Assembly (NCBI GenBank): GCA_030390025.1
Contig: CM059438.1
Span: 77,438,001-77,502,000 of the forward strand
Source of the DNA: Squalus acanthias
Taxonomy: Eukaryota
Reading direction: 5' to 3'
Length of the DNA stretch: 64,000 nucleotides
Below are positions 11,701-23,700 of the stretch, piece by piece; the first letter of the stretch is position 1; each line of letters begins with the position of its first letter. Under the pieces are notes generated by a model. The model was given only the letters and a program-made list of their open reading frames with translations, made no database searches and was not told where the DNA came from. The translations under genes and the position numbers were made by a program.

Positions 11701-14700
11701 AACTTGCAGTTAACCGATTTGTATCAAGCAGGTGACTGATGAGATTGTTTGCTCTGGCATACAACAAACACTGCCCCCTCTCCCTGCCCCGCCGCCTCAA
11801 GGACAGCAGAATGACAGAGCAGTGCAATTATTTGGATGGTGGGACTCCATTGTTTGGCTCTGGAGATGGGTACTTGAAAAGTATTGTAATGAAAGACTGT
11901 ATTTATATTTGATCCTTCAAGTTGCTTTTTGTTTTTAAGGCTTGCTTCTGGAATTTTGAGCCCGCAGCTGGTTCTTGCAAGATCCTCTCGCTGTTTTGCT
12001 TCAGCCTTCTGTGTTACGAACTTTGCTTTTGTTCTTATTTTTCTGTAGCTGAATCATCTTTGAAACAAGATGATAAAGAGGTCCAAGTGGATTTTCAGGA
12101 CCTTGGTTATGAAACCTGTGGAAAAAGTGAAAATGATGCGGACAGGGATGAGAGCAGTAGCCCAGGTAGATGGCATGAGCATAGAAACCCTGATTAATGC
12201 TCAAGAAACATGAGGGAAAGGACTGCTTCATTTTCTATAGAACGCATGCTGTTAACTTTGTCTTCTCATTTCATTATTAAAATGTGGTGCTTATTAATTA
12301 TTTTCAGTTTAGTAGCTTGTAAAGTCCCAAATTTGCGAAATTATAGCCGAGTAATGATTACCTGATCATTCAAGTAGTTGAGCTCCTAACTTACAACTAG
12401 GTTGTAAGTGCTTGAGCTGACTTAGTTGCTATGGCTAATTTCTGGCTGAATGAAATTAATAAATTGTCAGCCACAACTCCTAGATACAGCAACACACAAT
12501 AATGCGACAAGTTCTCCGATTTGAAAATAATAAATAGGCACAGCAAACTGTCTCTGTCTTCAATTTCTGCATGTTTTAGTCTGCTGATTTCAACTCTGCT
12601 TTTTGTAGTCTTGTCTCCCTGATTTCAATTTATTGGGATTTGTGGTAGCTTTTGCATGGAGGAAAGAAGGGTAGCCCTTCTCTTAATTTGTATCTTTCAA
12701 AATCCAGGAATAAAACAACGAAACAGATGGAATTATTAAGTAATAAAGTCTTTCTTTAACATTAGAATTTTTCCCCCCAGATACAGTTAGCCATTTACCA
12801 GGCCATCACTACAGTGACCCAGCCATTCCCTCACTACTTAAATTAAATCGCCGTTTCTTCTCCATGGAAAATCTTGACACAAACTCATCAACTTCATACC
12901 CGAGTTCACCGAGTTTGATTTCGCCCAAAATCAGCTTGAAGAACCTTGATGTATTTGATGACTATGGCCAGACAGATGATGCAAGTGAGCTCAAACTTCA
13001 AATTGGCGAACTAAAGGCGCAAATTGAGAAGTACCAGAAAGTTATTCACCATCTGCAGACTCACATACGCAAGAATTCTCTATCCAGCGATCAGTTGACT
13101 ATCTCGGACCATAGCCACCAAGCTACAACGAGGGGTTCATATGAGGGGCACTCTTTGGATGCTATTCGAAAGGATGATGATGGTGACTATAGTCAGAGAA
13201 GACATTCTATACAGTCTTCAGACCTATCTGTTCAAACTAACCAGAAGATTGGAAATCTTTCTAATTGTGCGACAAGATCACAGAGCATGGATTTTGGAAG
13301 CCAGAATGAAAAAGGGGACTGGTTGGTATCTAGCTATTCCCAAGATGGGCAACCGATACATAAGTTAAAGGAACAAATGGAACAACTGGAAGACCAGTTA
13401 CAGAAAGAGAAGGCAAGGAATGAGGAGCTTCGGGATCGGCTGCATCATCTTCAAACTAAATTGGCAGCAGCATCACCAGCTCAAAAGTAAATCACTAACA
13501 CATTGCGAACAGTAGTGGTTTATTCAGGGTTTTTTTAAGTGGTCCATACAGATTACTTTAGGTTTGGTAGTTCAGCGGTTATGGTTCAGAACAAGCATCT
13601 GTAAATTTAAATCTCACTATGGCAAGTTGTAAATTCAGTTAGAACATATGAACATAAGAAATAGGAGCAGGAGTAGGCCATTCGGCCCCTCAAGCCTACC
13701 CCGCCATTCAATAAGATCATGGCTGATCTGATCTTGGCCTCAACGCCATTTTCCTGCCCGCTCCCCATAACCCTGGACTCCCCGTCGCTCAAATATATGT
13801 CTATCTCTGCCTTGAATATATTCAATGACTCCGCCTCCATAGCTCTCTGGGGTAGAGAATTCCAAAGATTCACGACCCTCCTGAGAAGAAATTCCTCCTC
13901 ATCTCCGTTTTTAAATGGGTGACCACTTATCCTGAAACTGTGCCCCCAGTTCTAGATTCCCCCACGAGGGGAAACATCCTCCCTGCATCTACCCTGTCAA
14001 GCCCCCACAGAATCTTATGTTTCAATAAGATTACCTCTCATTCTTCTAGACTCCAATGAGTATAGGCTCAACCTTTCTTCATAAGACAACCCCTTCATCT
14101 CCGGAATTAACCTAGTGAACCTTCTCTGAACTGCCTCCAATGCAAGTATATCCCTCCTTAAATGAGGAGACCAAAACTGCACGCAGTACTCCAGGTGTGG
14201 TCTCACCAGCGCCCTGTACAGTTGTAGCAAGACTTCCCTACTTTTATACTCCATCCCCCTTGCAATAAAGGCCAACATTCCATTTGCCTTCCTAATTACT
14301 TGCTGTACCTGTAAATTTAAATCTCACTGGCAAGTTGTGAATTCAGTTGGAACATAAGAAATAGGAGCAGGAGTAGGCCATTCGGCCCCTTGAGCCTGCC
14401 CCGCCATTCAGTAAGATCATGGCTGATCTGACCTTGGCCTCAATGCCACTTTCCTGCCTGCTCCCCATAACCCCTGACTCCCCTGTAGCTCAAATATATG
14501 TCTGTCTCCGCCTTTACCAGTTCATTAAATGTGCTAATTTGTGGTCTGGCACTAAGTTCAAATGGCCATGAAAGCTGTCGGATTGTTATTTTTAAAGAAA
14601 AACTCATTCACTTGTGTCCTTCAGGGAAGGGAACCTGCCACCTCTGCCTGGTCTGGCCTTGTACATGACTGCAGTTCCACACTACTTTCATGCCCTCTGA

Positions 14701-17700
14701 AGTAGCATAGCAAACCATTTGGTTATAAAAAGCAATTGCTTTCAAAAGGGGCTATTGCCACTTTTTCGGAGCAGCTAGGGATAGGTAATAAATGAGGCCT
14801 TGCCACTATCGTCCGGTTCCAAGAATGTTAAAAATGCACGTTCATACACCTTGTTAACATTGGTAAAAACCTTGAGATTTTCTTGGGGAAATGTTGACAG
14901 GAAGATTTGAGAGTAAACCCTAGTCTTATTACAATGTAAAACTTTCATGTCCAAATTCAAACAAATACAGTTAATCAAAAAAATGTGTTTACTGCAATCT
15001 ACATTTTATCTGTTGCTCAAACTTGGCATGTAATAGTATAACATTCAGAGATCAACATGGGACCAAAATATAGGCCCCGATGCACAATCTTGGAGAGGGG
15101 GGGGGAGGAGTTATGGTCGGGAAACCCAGTAGTGTGAGTTTCCCCGAACATTTTAACTGCAGGGCGTGTTTGAATTATTTTTCTTACCAGGTTTCCTTCC
15201 CGACAGCCAGCCTGATTAACAGTCTAGCTGTCTGCCTGCCCAATGGAAAGTCTATAGGTAGGTTTAGTGCGGGTCAGGGGGAGTGGATGCATCGTGGTGT
15301 GGGAGGAGCGGAGACATCGTTTGGCGGGGGGGGGGGGGGGGGTTAACTGGCTGTTGGGCCTGGAGGAAGCGCGCCTGCTCCTCCTGGCCCACAAGCAGTG
15401 CTGTAGAGGCACTTACCTGATGGATTCAGCCCTTCTTACCTCCTTTTACCTGCCGGGTTTCCCGAGGCCCGGGAAAGCTGGCTGACAGGAGTTTAAAAAT
15501 AGAAACCTTGTTAAAATGGAGACATGCAGTCTCCTTTTAAAAGGTTTCAACAACCGACCCACCTGAGAGCGGATTAGGCGCTCGTCCCGCCTCCGTTAAA
15601 ACCAGAAGTGGGCGGGTTCAAAGCGGCTTGGTGTCGGATTTGACATTTTTAACATTTTAACTTCCCACCCAACTCAAACCCACCTGCTTTTGGGAGTTAA
15701 AATTACCCCCTTAGGCTGTACATTCAGAATTATCTCAGAAATGAAAGGGATGAGCAGACCGCTTTAAAATCAGAACACTGGGTGCAGCAAAAACAGGAAC
15801 ACAAGAGACATTCAGCAGGGCAGGCAGTCCACCTGTTGAATGTCTCCAGTGTTTCCAATTTATAGTTCTGATTTCCAGCATCTGCAGTATTTTCCTTTTA
15901 GTTCGCTGGGGGTGTAACTCTGTCTGCGTTTTGAACACCGCTACAATAATATCAATATCCCAACATACAGGGAAATATTCCTTATGAGAACTGCTTATGT
16001 TGAAAATCTGTTTCACAGAATTCTAAAATTTGCATGATTTAAATTATAGTACGTATGGCAGCTCCATAGTGTACTTTTGCTTTTTATTTTGATTGCAAAT
16101 TCATTAGTATTAAGTTCCAATTAGGATATAGAGAACTAAATGACTCACATTTTGTTCTGCTTTACTTAGGTATGATTCACTGGTACAGTCACAAGCAAGG
16201 GAGCTTTCACACCTCCGACAGCAAATTAAAGAAAGCCGTAACATCTGCACTTTGCACCACCAGACCCTGGTGGATCTTACCAAAGCCTTTGAGGAGCTGC
16301 TGCAGGCCAGTGATGTTGATTATTATGTCGGGGAAGCCTTTCGTGACCAGCTAAACCAGAGTTTACAGCTGGTGGAAAAGCTAGAGGACAAGTTTATTGG
16401 TGGTAAGCTAACAGGAAAAATTGCTGAGAGACTTCACATAGATGGAAAGGAAAATTATTTTGGCTGTATATCCAGCTCCCTATACATTAAAGTCTTGCAC
16501 AGGGCACACTTTTCCCGCCCATCACCTTGACTTCCGACTATCAAGATTTATGGTCATGCTTTTCTATTGACCTTTCCCATTCAATTTTTTCTGTCAATTG
16601 TTGTGATGTAGTTGCAGGCTCTAACCACTAGATAGCTCTGTGGAGCAAATTTCTGACCAGGGCAATGTTACAAGTTCTCCAGTAAAGATATGCCTACATT
16701 TCCAATTTCAGTTCACTAGATATTTGGGTGAAAAGTTCAATGCTTCATGTAGATAGTAGCCTACATTTTCTGGTTGGCATTATCTTAACACCAATGTTAA
16801 ATGGGATACTGTCGATTGGTAAATCAAGACTCACTCGCCAGTCTTCTTTGTGAATTTGGTATTTATTAAGCCCTTTATTTTTTCCACCAATTTTGTGATG
16901 GTAGTTTTGTTTCTGCTGAGACTTCTATTACAACTATCTAAATTTATTACAAGATCAGAGCCAGGATTTTCTGCCTCTCTGCTTGCCAGCCCTTGATAGT
17001 CCTCCCCATTGAAATGATTAGCCACAAAATTACAGGCTGACAAATATAGAAGCAGAAAATCCCAGTTCAGAATACAGCTGCCGGAGAGAAGACTTTTCAG
17101 CCAGGATATTCTAGGAGAGCAAGAACAACCTAAGGCTCCTTTTCTCCATGAGGAATTGTTTACTGAAACCACATTCTGCTCCCACCTCCCCTCTCGCCTT
17201 CAGTACCAAGTGCAGAGTTCACTTATTCCTCTTTTCTCTAAGATTGATACCATCTGTGCAGCTGCCTCTGCTGTGAACTTCCCCATCCCTAACCTTTACT
17301 CCCCCTTTGCTATGCAGTTGTTCAGCCATTCTTCTCCCCTTTTGTAAGCTCCCCTCTTCTGAGACTGATCTCCTGCTCCCTCAATCAACTGACCACTTGA
17401 CTACTCATCCAGGCCTTCAAGCTTGCAGACATTGGCCATTCCTCCTCTTCATCTGCACACGACCTGACATGACATCATCTGCAGGTGTGGATCAGCTTCT
17501 GTTTATATGCTGATAGCCCCCAGCTCTACCTCTCCCCCACTTGCCTTTATCTCTCAATTACCTCTGCGCTGTCAATCTGCTTGTCTGACATTAAGTTGTA
17601 GGTGAATCAAGATTTACTCCAACTGAATATTGAGAAGACTGAAGCCATAATGTTTGGTCCCCACCAAACTTTGCTGCCTTACCACTGACTCCAACCCACT

Positions 17701-20700
17701 CCCTGGACACCTGCTCAAGCTGCACCAAACTATGCAAAACCTTGGTGTTCTGTTCAACCCAGAGCTGAGCTTCAAACTCCATGTCCTTTCCATCACCAAG
17801 ATTACTTGCACCTCTGCAACATCACCTTGCTCCTGCCCCTACCTTGCGATTGAAACCATTATCCCAATTTCCAGTGTTGTCTATACCAGCCTCCCATACT
17901 CCACGTCCAAAAACTCTAACTTGTTCAAAATTCAGCCAGCTCTATCCTGCCCTCCACCACATTAAATGTGAAATCCTCATCCTCGACGCCACCCTATCTA
18001 TGCAACCTCCTGCAGCATTCTATCTTTCTTTTCTTCCAATTCCGGCCTTATTGTTCATCTCCCTTTCCTAAGCCCCATCACTGGTGGCAGAGCCTCCAGC
18101 TCCCTTGACCCTAATCTCTGGAATCCACTGCCTAAACCCCTCTGCTTATCTTCTTTTTAATAAATCTTCTCTAAACCCATCTTTTCACCTAAGCTTTCGT
18201 CACCTCCTCTAACCCTCTCAGAATTGCTTTGCATTTTCTACTTGGTGTTTAAAAGCACTATATAAATGGAAGTTGTCTATTCCACCTGTCTTTGGCCTTT
18301 TACTAAAATTAACAGTGCATCACAAATTCTCGTGAACAGGGACAAAAGACTTCAGAAGCATTTATATTTTTATATATTTACTCTTGTTGGGAGGGAAGAG
18401 ACTCGTGTGGAGCATAGACCAGTTGGGGTGAATGGCCTGTTTCTGTGCTGTAATTTCTATGTGATTGTGAGGTACATTCACATTATTATACTTCAACAAA
18501 TATAAAAATCAGTTCTAGGAAAAGAGGAAGTATAAAATGGAGCCATGAAATGATAAAAATAGAAAAACATTAGGCACTGCTATATAATTCATTTTGAATG
18601 GCCATTTTCTTGCACTTGAGGTCATTCTCTTTGCCCACCCTACCTATTTTTGAAGAGGCACTTGAATTGGGAGCTACTTGTACAGTAACTTTTCTTAGCG
18701 ATTTTAATACTCCAGACAAAACACCATCACCTAGAGAATATCCAAAATGCTGACTCTGCCTTTTTGTCCTAATGTGTTACCAATACGTGTAAAACATGCC
18801 TCTGTTCGTTCTTTTCATCCTTGGTTCTCTCTGTCTCTATTTCCTACTGAGTATTCTAAAACCTATCTGCATTATTTTATTTTTAACTAAGACAAAGGGC
18901 AAAAGTCAATATGCAGAATAGTGCCTAGAGTTTCCACTCGATTTGCGTTGGTTTTTTCGTCGCAATTTCCCCGATATTGGCGTAACTGGTGCAATAGATT
19001 GTGGAATTTTAAGCGCAAATTGCGTTCCGCTCAACTTGAGTTTCTGCGATCTTTTGCACTAGATTTAAAAACATCGTGCTAGAAGCAGACTCCGCCCTCA
19101 AAACTGGCCATGCCCCCAGGGTGAATTAATCACCTTTGGGAGTTTCCACTAATTACGCTCGTTTGCAGGCCTTCGAGGAGGCTCCAAAAATTAAGTTAGA
19201 TCTTTTGGATGCAAGGACACTAATAGCTATGTTTTGAATGAATTTTTTTTTTTTTAAATTTACCCAAATTTAACTAGAAAGTAGTTTGGTATATTTTTTT
19301 TAAGTCATTTTCAGTAACTTAAGAACATAAGAAATAAGGGCAGGAGTAGGCCATACGGCCCCTCGCGCCTGCTCCGCCATTCAATAAGATCATGGCTGAT
19401 CATCGACCTCAACTCCACTTTTCCGCCCGATCTCCATACCACTTGATTCCCCATGAGTCCAAAAATCTATCTATCTCCGCCTTGAATATACTCGGAGACT
19501 CAGCATTCACAACCCTCTGAAGAAATTCCTCATCTCAGTCTTAAATGGTCTACCCCTTATCTTGAGACTATGCCCCCTAGTTCTAGACACTCCAGCCAGG
19601 GGAAACAACCTCTCAGCATCTACCCTGTGAATCCCCTTCAGAATCTTGTATGTTTCAATGAGATCACCTCTCATTCTTCTAAACTCCAGAGAGTATAGGC
19701 CCATTCTACACAATCTCTCATCCTAGGACAGCCCTCTCATCCCAGGATCAATTGAGTGAACCTTCGTTGCACCGCCTCCAAGACAAGTATCTCCTTCCTT
19801 AGATAAGGAGACCAAAACTGTGCACTACTCCAGGTGTGGTCTCACCAAGGCCCTGTACAATTGTAGCAAGACTTCCTTACTCTTATACTCCAACCCTCTT
19901 GCAATAACCTCTTGCAATAAAGGCCAACATGCCATTTGCCTTCCTTATTACCTGCTGTACCTGCATGCTAGCTTTCTGTGTTTCTTGCACGAAAACACCC
20001 AAATCTCTCTGAACACCAACATTTGAAAGTTTTTCACCATTTAAAAAATATTCTGTTTTTCTATTCTTCCTACCAAAGTGAAGAACCTCACATTTCCCTA
20101 CATTATACTCCATCTGCCACTTTACTGCCCACTCACTTAGTCTATCTATATCCCTTTGCAGACTGTGTTCTCCTCACAGCTTACTGTCCCACCTAGCTTT
20201 GTATCATCAGCAAACTTGGATACATTACACTTGGTCCCTTCATCTAGGTAATTAATATAGATTGTAAATAGCTGAGGCCCCAACACTGAACCTTGCGGCA
20301 CCCCACTAGTTACAGCCTGCCAACCTGAAGAAGATCCGTTTATCCCTACTCACAGGTGGTGGATTGACTGAGTTAAAATGCTTGCTTTTTTTGTGATAAA
20401 CCTATTTTCAGCTGTATTAATCAAACTTTACCAAGTTACCACTCTTAAATAAGCAAGGAATTTTATTTAAAGCAAAATTTTTTTAAAAAATTCTGTTTAT
20501 AAAACACTGACCGATCACGCTGGTTCATAAGAACATAACATAAGAAATAGGAGCAGGAGTAGGCCAATCGGCCCCTCGCGCCTGCTCTGCCATTCAATAA
20601 GATCATGGCTGATCTGATCCTAACCGCCTATCTACTATCACAGAACCATCTCCTGCATCTAACAGAATTGCACACACGAAATAGGAGCAGAATCAGGCTA

Positions 20701-23700
20701 CACGGTCCCTGGGCCCGCTCCACTACCCACAGGGCCATGACCGATCCGAACCTAGACTCATGTCCAAATTCCTGCCCGCTCCCCGTAACCCTTAATGCCC
20801 TTTACTTCTAGGAAACTGTCTATTTCTGTTTTAAATTTATTTAATGATGTAGCTTCTACAGCATTTTGTGGCAGCATATTCCATAGGACCTACCACCCTC
20901 TGAGTGAAGTAGTTCCTCCTCATCTCAGTTTTGAAAGAGCAGCCCCTTATTCTAAGACTATGTCCCCTAGTTCTAGTCTCACCCGTCATCGGGAACATCC
21001 TCCCCGCATCCACCCGATCCAACCCCTTCACAATCTTATGTGTTTCAATAAGATCGCCTCTCATTCTTCTGAACTCCAATGAGTAGAGTCCCAATCTACA
21101 CAACCTCTCCTCATATGACCACCCCCTTATCCCCGGGATTAACCGAGTGAACCTTTTTTGCACTGCCTCGAGAGCAAGGATGTCTTTCCTTAAGTAAGGA
21201 CACCAAAACTGTATGCAGTATTCCAGGTGCGGTCTCACCAATACCTTGTACAACTGAAGCAATACCTCCCTATTTTTATATTCTATCCCCCTAGCAATGA
21301 AAGCCAACATTCCATTTGCCTTCTTAATCACTTGCTGCACCTGCATACTAACCTTTTGAGTTTCGTGCACCAGGACCCCCAGATCCCTTTGCACTTCAGT
21401 ACTCTCCAGTTTCTTGCCATTAAGATCATAAATTGCTCTAGGATTTTTCCTGCCAAAGTGCATCACCTCACACTTTCCAGTGTTGTATTCCATCTGCCAA
21501 ATCTCTGCCCACTTACTTAGCCTGTCTATGTCCCCTTGCAGATTTTTTATGTCCTCCTCACTCACTACTTTCCCTCCCATCTTTGTATCATCTGCAAATT
21601 TTGATATGTTACACTTGGTCCCTTCCTCCAAATCGTTAATATAGATTGTAAAGAGTTGGGGACCCAGCACTGACCCCTGTGGAACACCACTAGTTACTGA
21701 TTGCCAGTCTGAGAATGAACCATTTATCCCAACTCTTTGATTTCTGTTAGATAGCCAATCCTCTATCCATGCCAGAATATTACCCCCAATCCCGTGATTT
21801 TTTACCTTAAGCAATAATCTTTTGTGTGGCACCTTGTCAAATGCCTTTTGGAAGTCTAAATACACTACATCTACTGGTTCCCCTTTATCCACTCTATATG
21901 TTACTTCCTCAAAGAACTCCAGCAAATTTGTCAAACATGACTTCCCCTTCGTAAAACCATGCTGACTTTGTCCTATTAAATTATGATTATCCAAATGTCC
22001 TGTTACTGTTTCCTTAATAATGGACTCCAAAATTTTACCTACCACAGATGTTAGGCTAACCGGTCTATAGTTACCAGCCTTCTGTCTACTGCCCTTTTTA
22101 AATAAGGGTGTTACATTAGCAGTTTTCCAGTCTGCCGGGACCTTAGCGGAATCCAGGGAGTTTTGAAAAATTATTACCAATGCATCTACAATCCCTACCG
22201 CCACTTCCTTCAAGACTCTAGGATGTAAGCCATCAGGTCCAGGTGATTTATCCGCCTTGAGTCCCATCATTTTACCGAGTACCACTTCCTTAGTGATTTT
22301 GATCGTGTTTAGCTCCTCTCCCCCTATAGCCCCCTGTTTGTCCAGTGTTGGGATATTCTTAGTGTCCTCTACTGTAAAGACTGATACAAAATATTCATTC
22401 AGTGTTTTTGCCATCTCCATATTTCCCACCATTAATTTCCAGATTTTGTGTTCGGCGCTATGCAAATGAGTTTGAGTAGAAACTCTTGGTGGTGTGGGGG
22501 GGAGTTGGAAGAGGACACTTCAAAACGGGCGCAATTGGCACCGGAATCACCAATTGCGCCCAAAGTGGAAACACTGTGTGCAAATGTATAGTTTTTGGGT
22601 ATCCAATTTCTCTGCTGAATGTGGCAATAGATGTTTTTATTTGTTAAATGAATTAAGACCTTACAGTGGAGTGGTTCAGTAGCTAAATGCGAGGGTGTTA
22701 AGCTCATAAGAGAATGGAATTAGACTCTGTTTGAATTGACGTTTGTACTTAAGGTTACCTCATACTTAGCCAGAATGTGTGTAGGAGGGAGGAGAAATAG
22801 CCTGTATTATTCAAATAGGCTTTAGGAGAAATGTACCTGGTCAATTCTGACTAGGGATGAAATTGCAAATACTGGGATGGGAATCATTTTACTATAAAAG
22901 TACCTTTTTTGTTAATCAAATAATATAACGATCTGAAATTTCCTGATGCAAGAATTATTAAAACAGATGAAAAGAGTCAGAGTAAGTGTTCAGTTTATAA
23001 ATTTTTGAACCTAGTTCTGTCTGGTTTGTCTAACTATCATAATATAATGAACATTTATTTTTTTATGCTTGTTGGTCTTTTAAATTTTATGGGATTCATA
23101 CTGGACAACAAAAATATTTTAAAAATAAATATGTCTATTTAAATTTGTACTGAAATAACCTACATTTTTCTGCTTCCTTGCCTATTCTTTATATATTGCA
23201 GGGGATGTATCTTCTGTTGGTGGAGACAACACTCTTGATTTCTCTCAAAGGTAGGTAAAGACAAAATATACATGCAAGGCTTTCAAAAACCATGATTTGA
23301 TGCTCTTCATTCAGTTTATCTCAACCCAATTTGACATGTTATCCAGTTACTAAATCGAGGTTAATCTGTACTATTCACTTATAAGCTACCTCCGTTTACC
23401 CAGGATATAGGTCTGCTGACTGGTGTACTGTGATGATTTATTTTGAGACTTTGAAGAGAGAAAGTATCTTTCCCGACAATCTGAAATATTAATTTATATT
23501 GCATTTGTCCTGGATATTTGATTTAATATGCAGCAGGCTGATTTAAAGACATAATGAGATTGGACAATCATCATTTGCGGGGTTTTATTTGCAATCTTAG
23601 TAAAGTATTAATGGTGTGGCAAGTGTACTTGGTTTCACTACATAAGCAAATCCTATTTATAAAGGAGTAGTAGGTGCCCAATTAAGTCTCTCTCTTTTTT

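Noticed and set aside
15070-15710. GC-rich stretch with a long G-run as a promoter or G-quadruplex element
   Set aside because: It ends in aaaattaccccc, also seen near 32440, so it is more likely a dispersed repeat; boundaries could not be fixed.
20837-22465. 542-aa ORF as a host gene
   Set aside because: It is a 5'-truncated CR1 reverse transcriptase; the first few residues come from flanking DNA.
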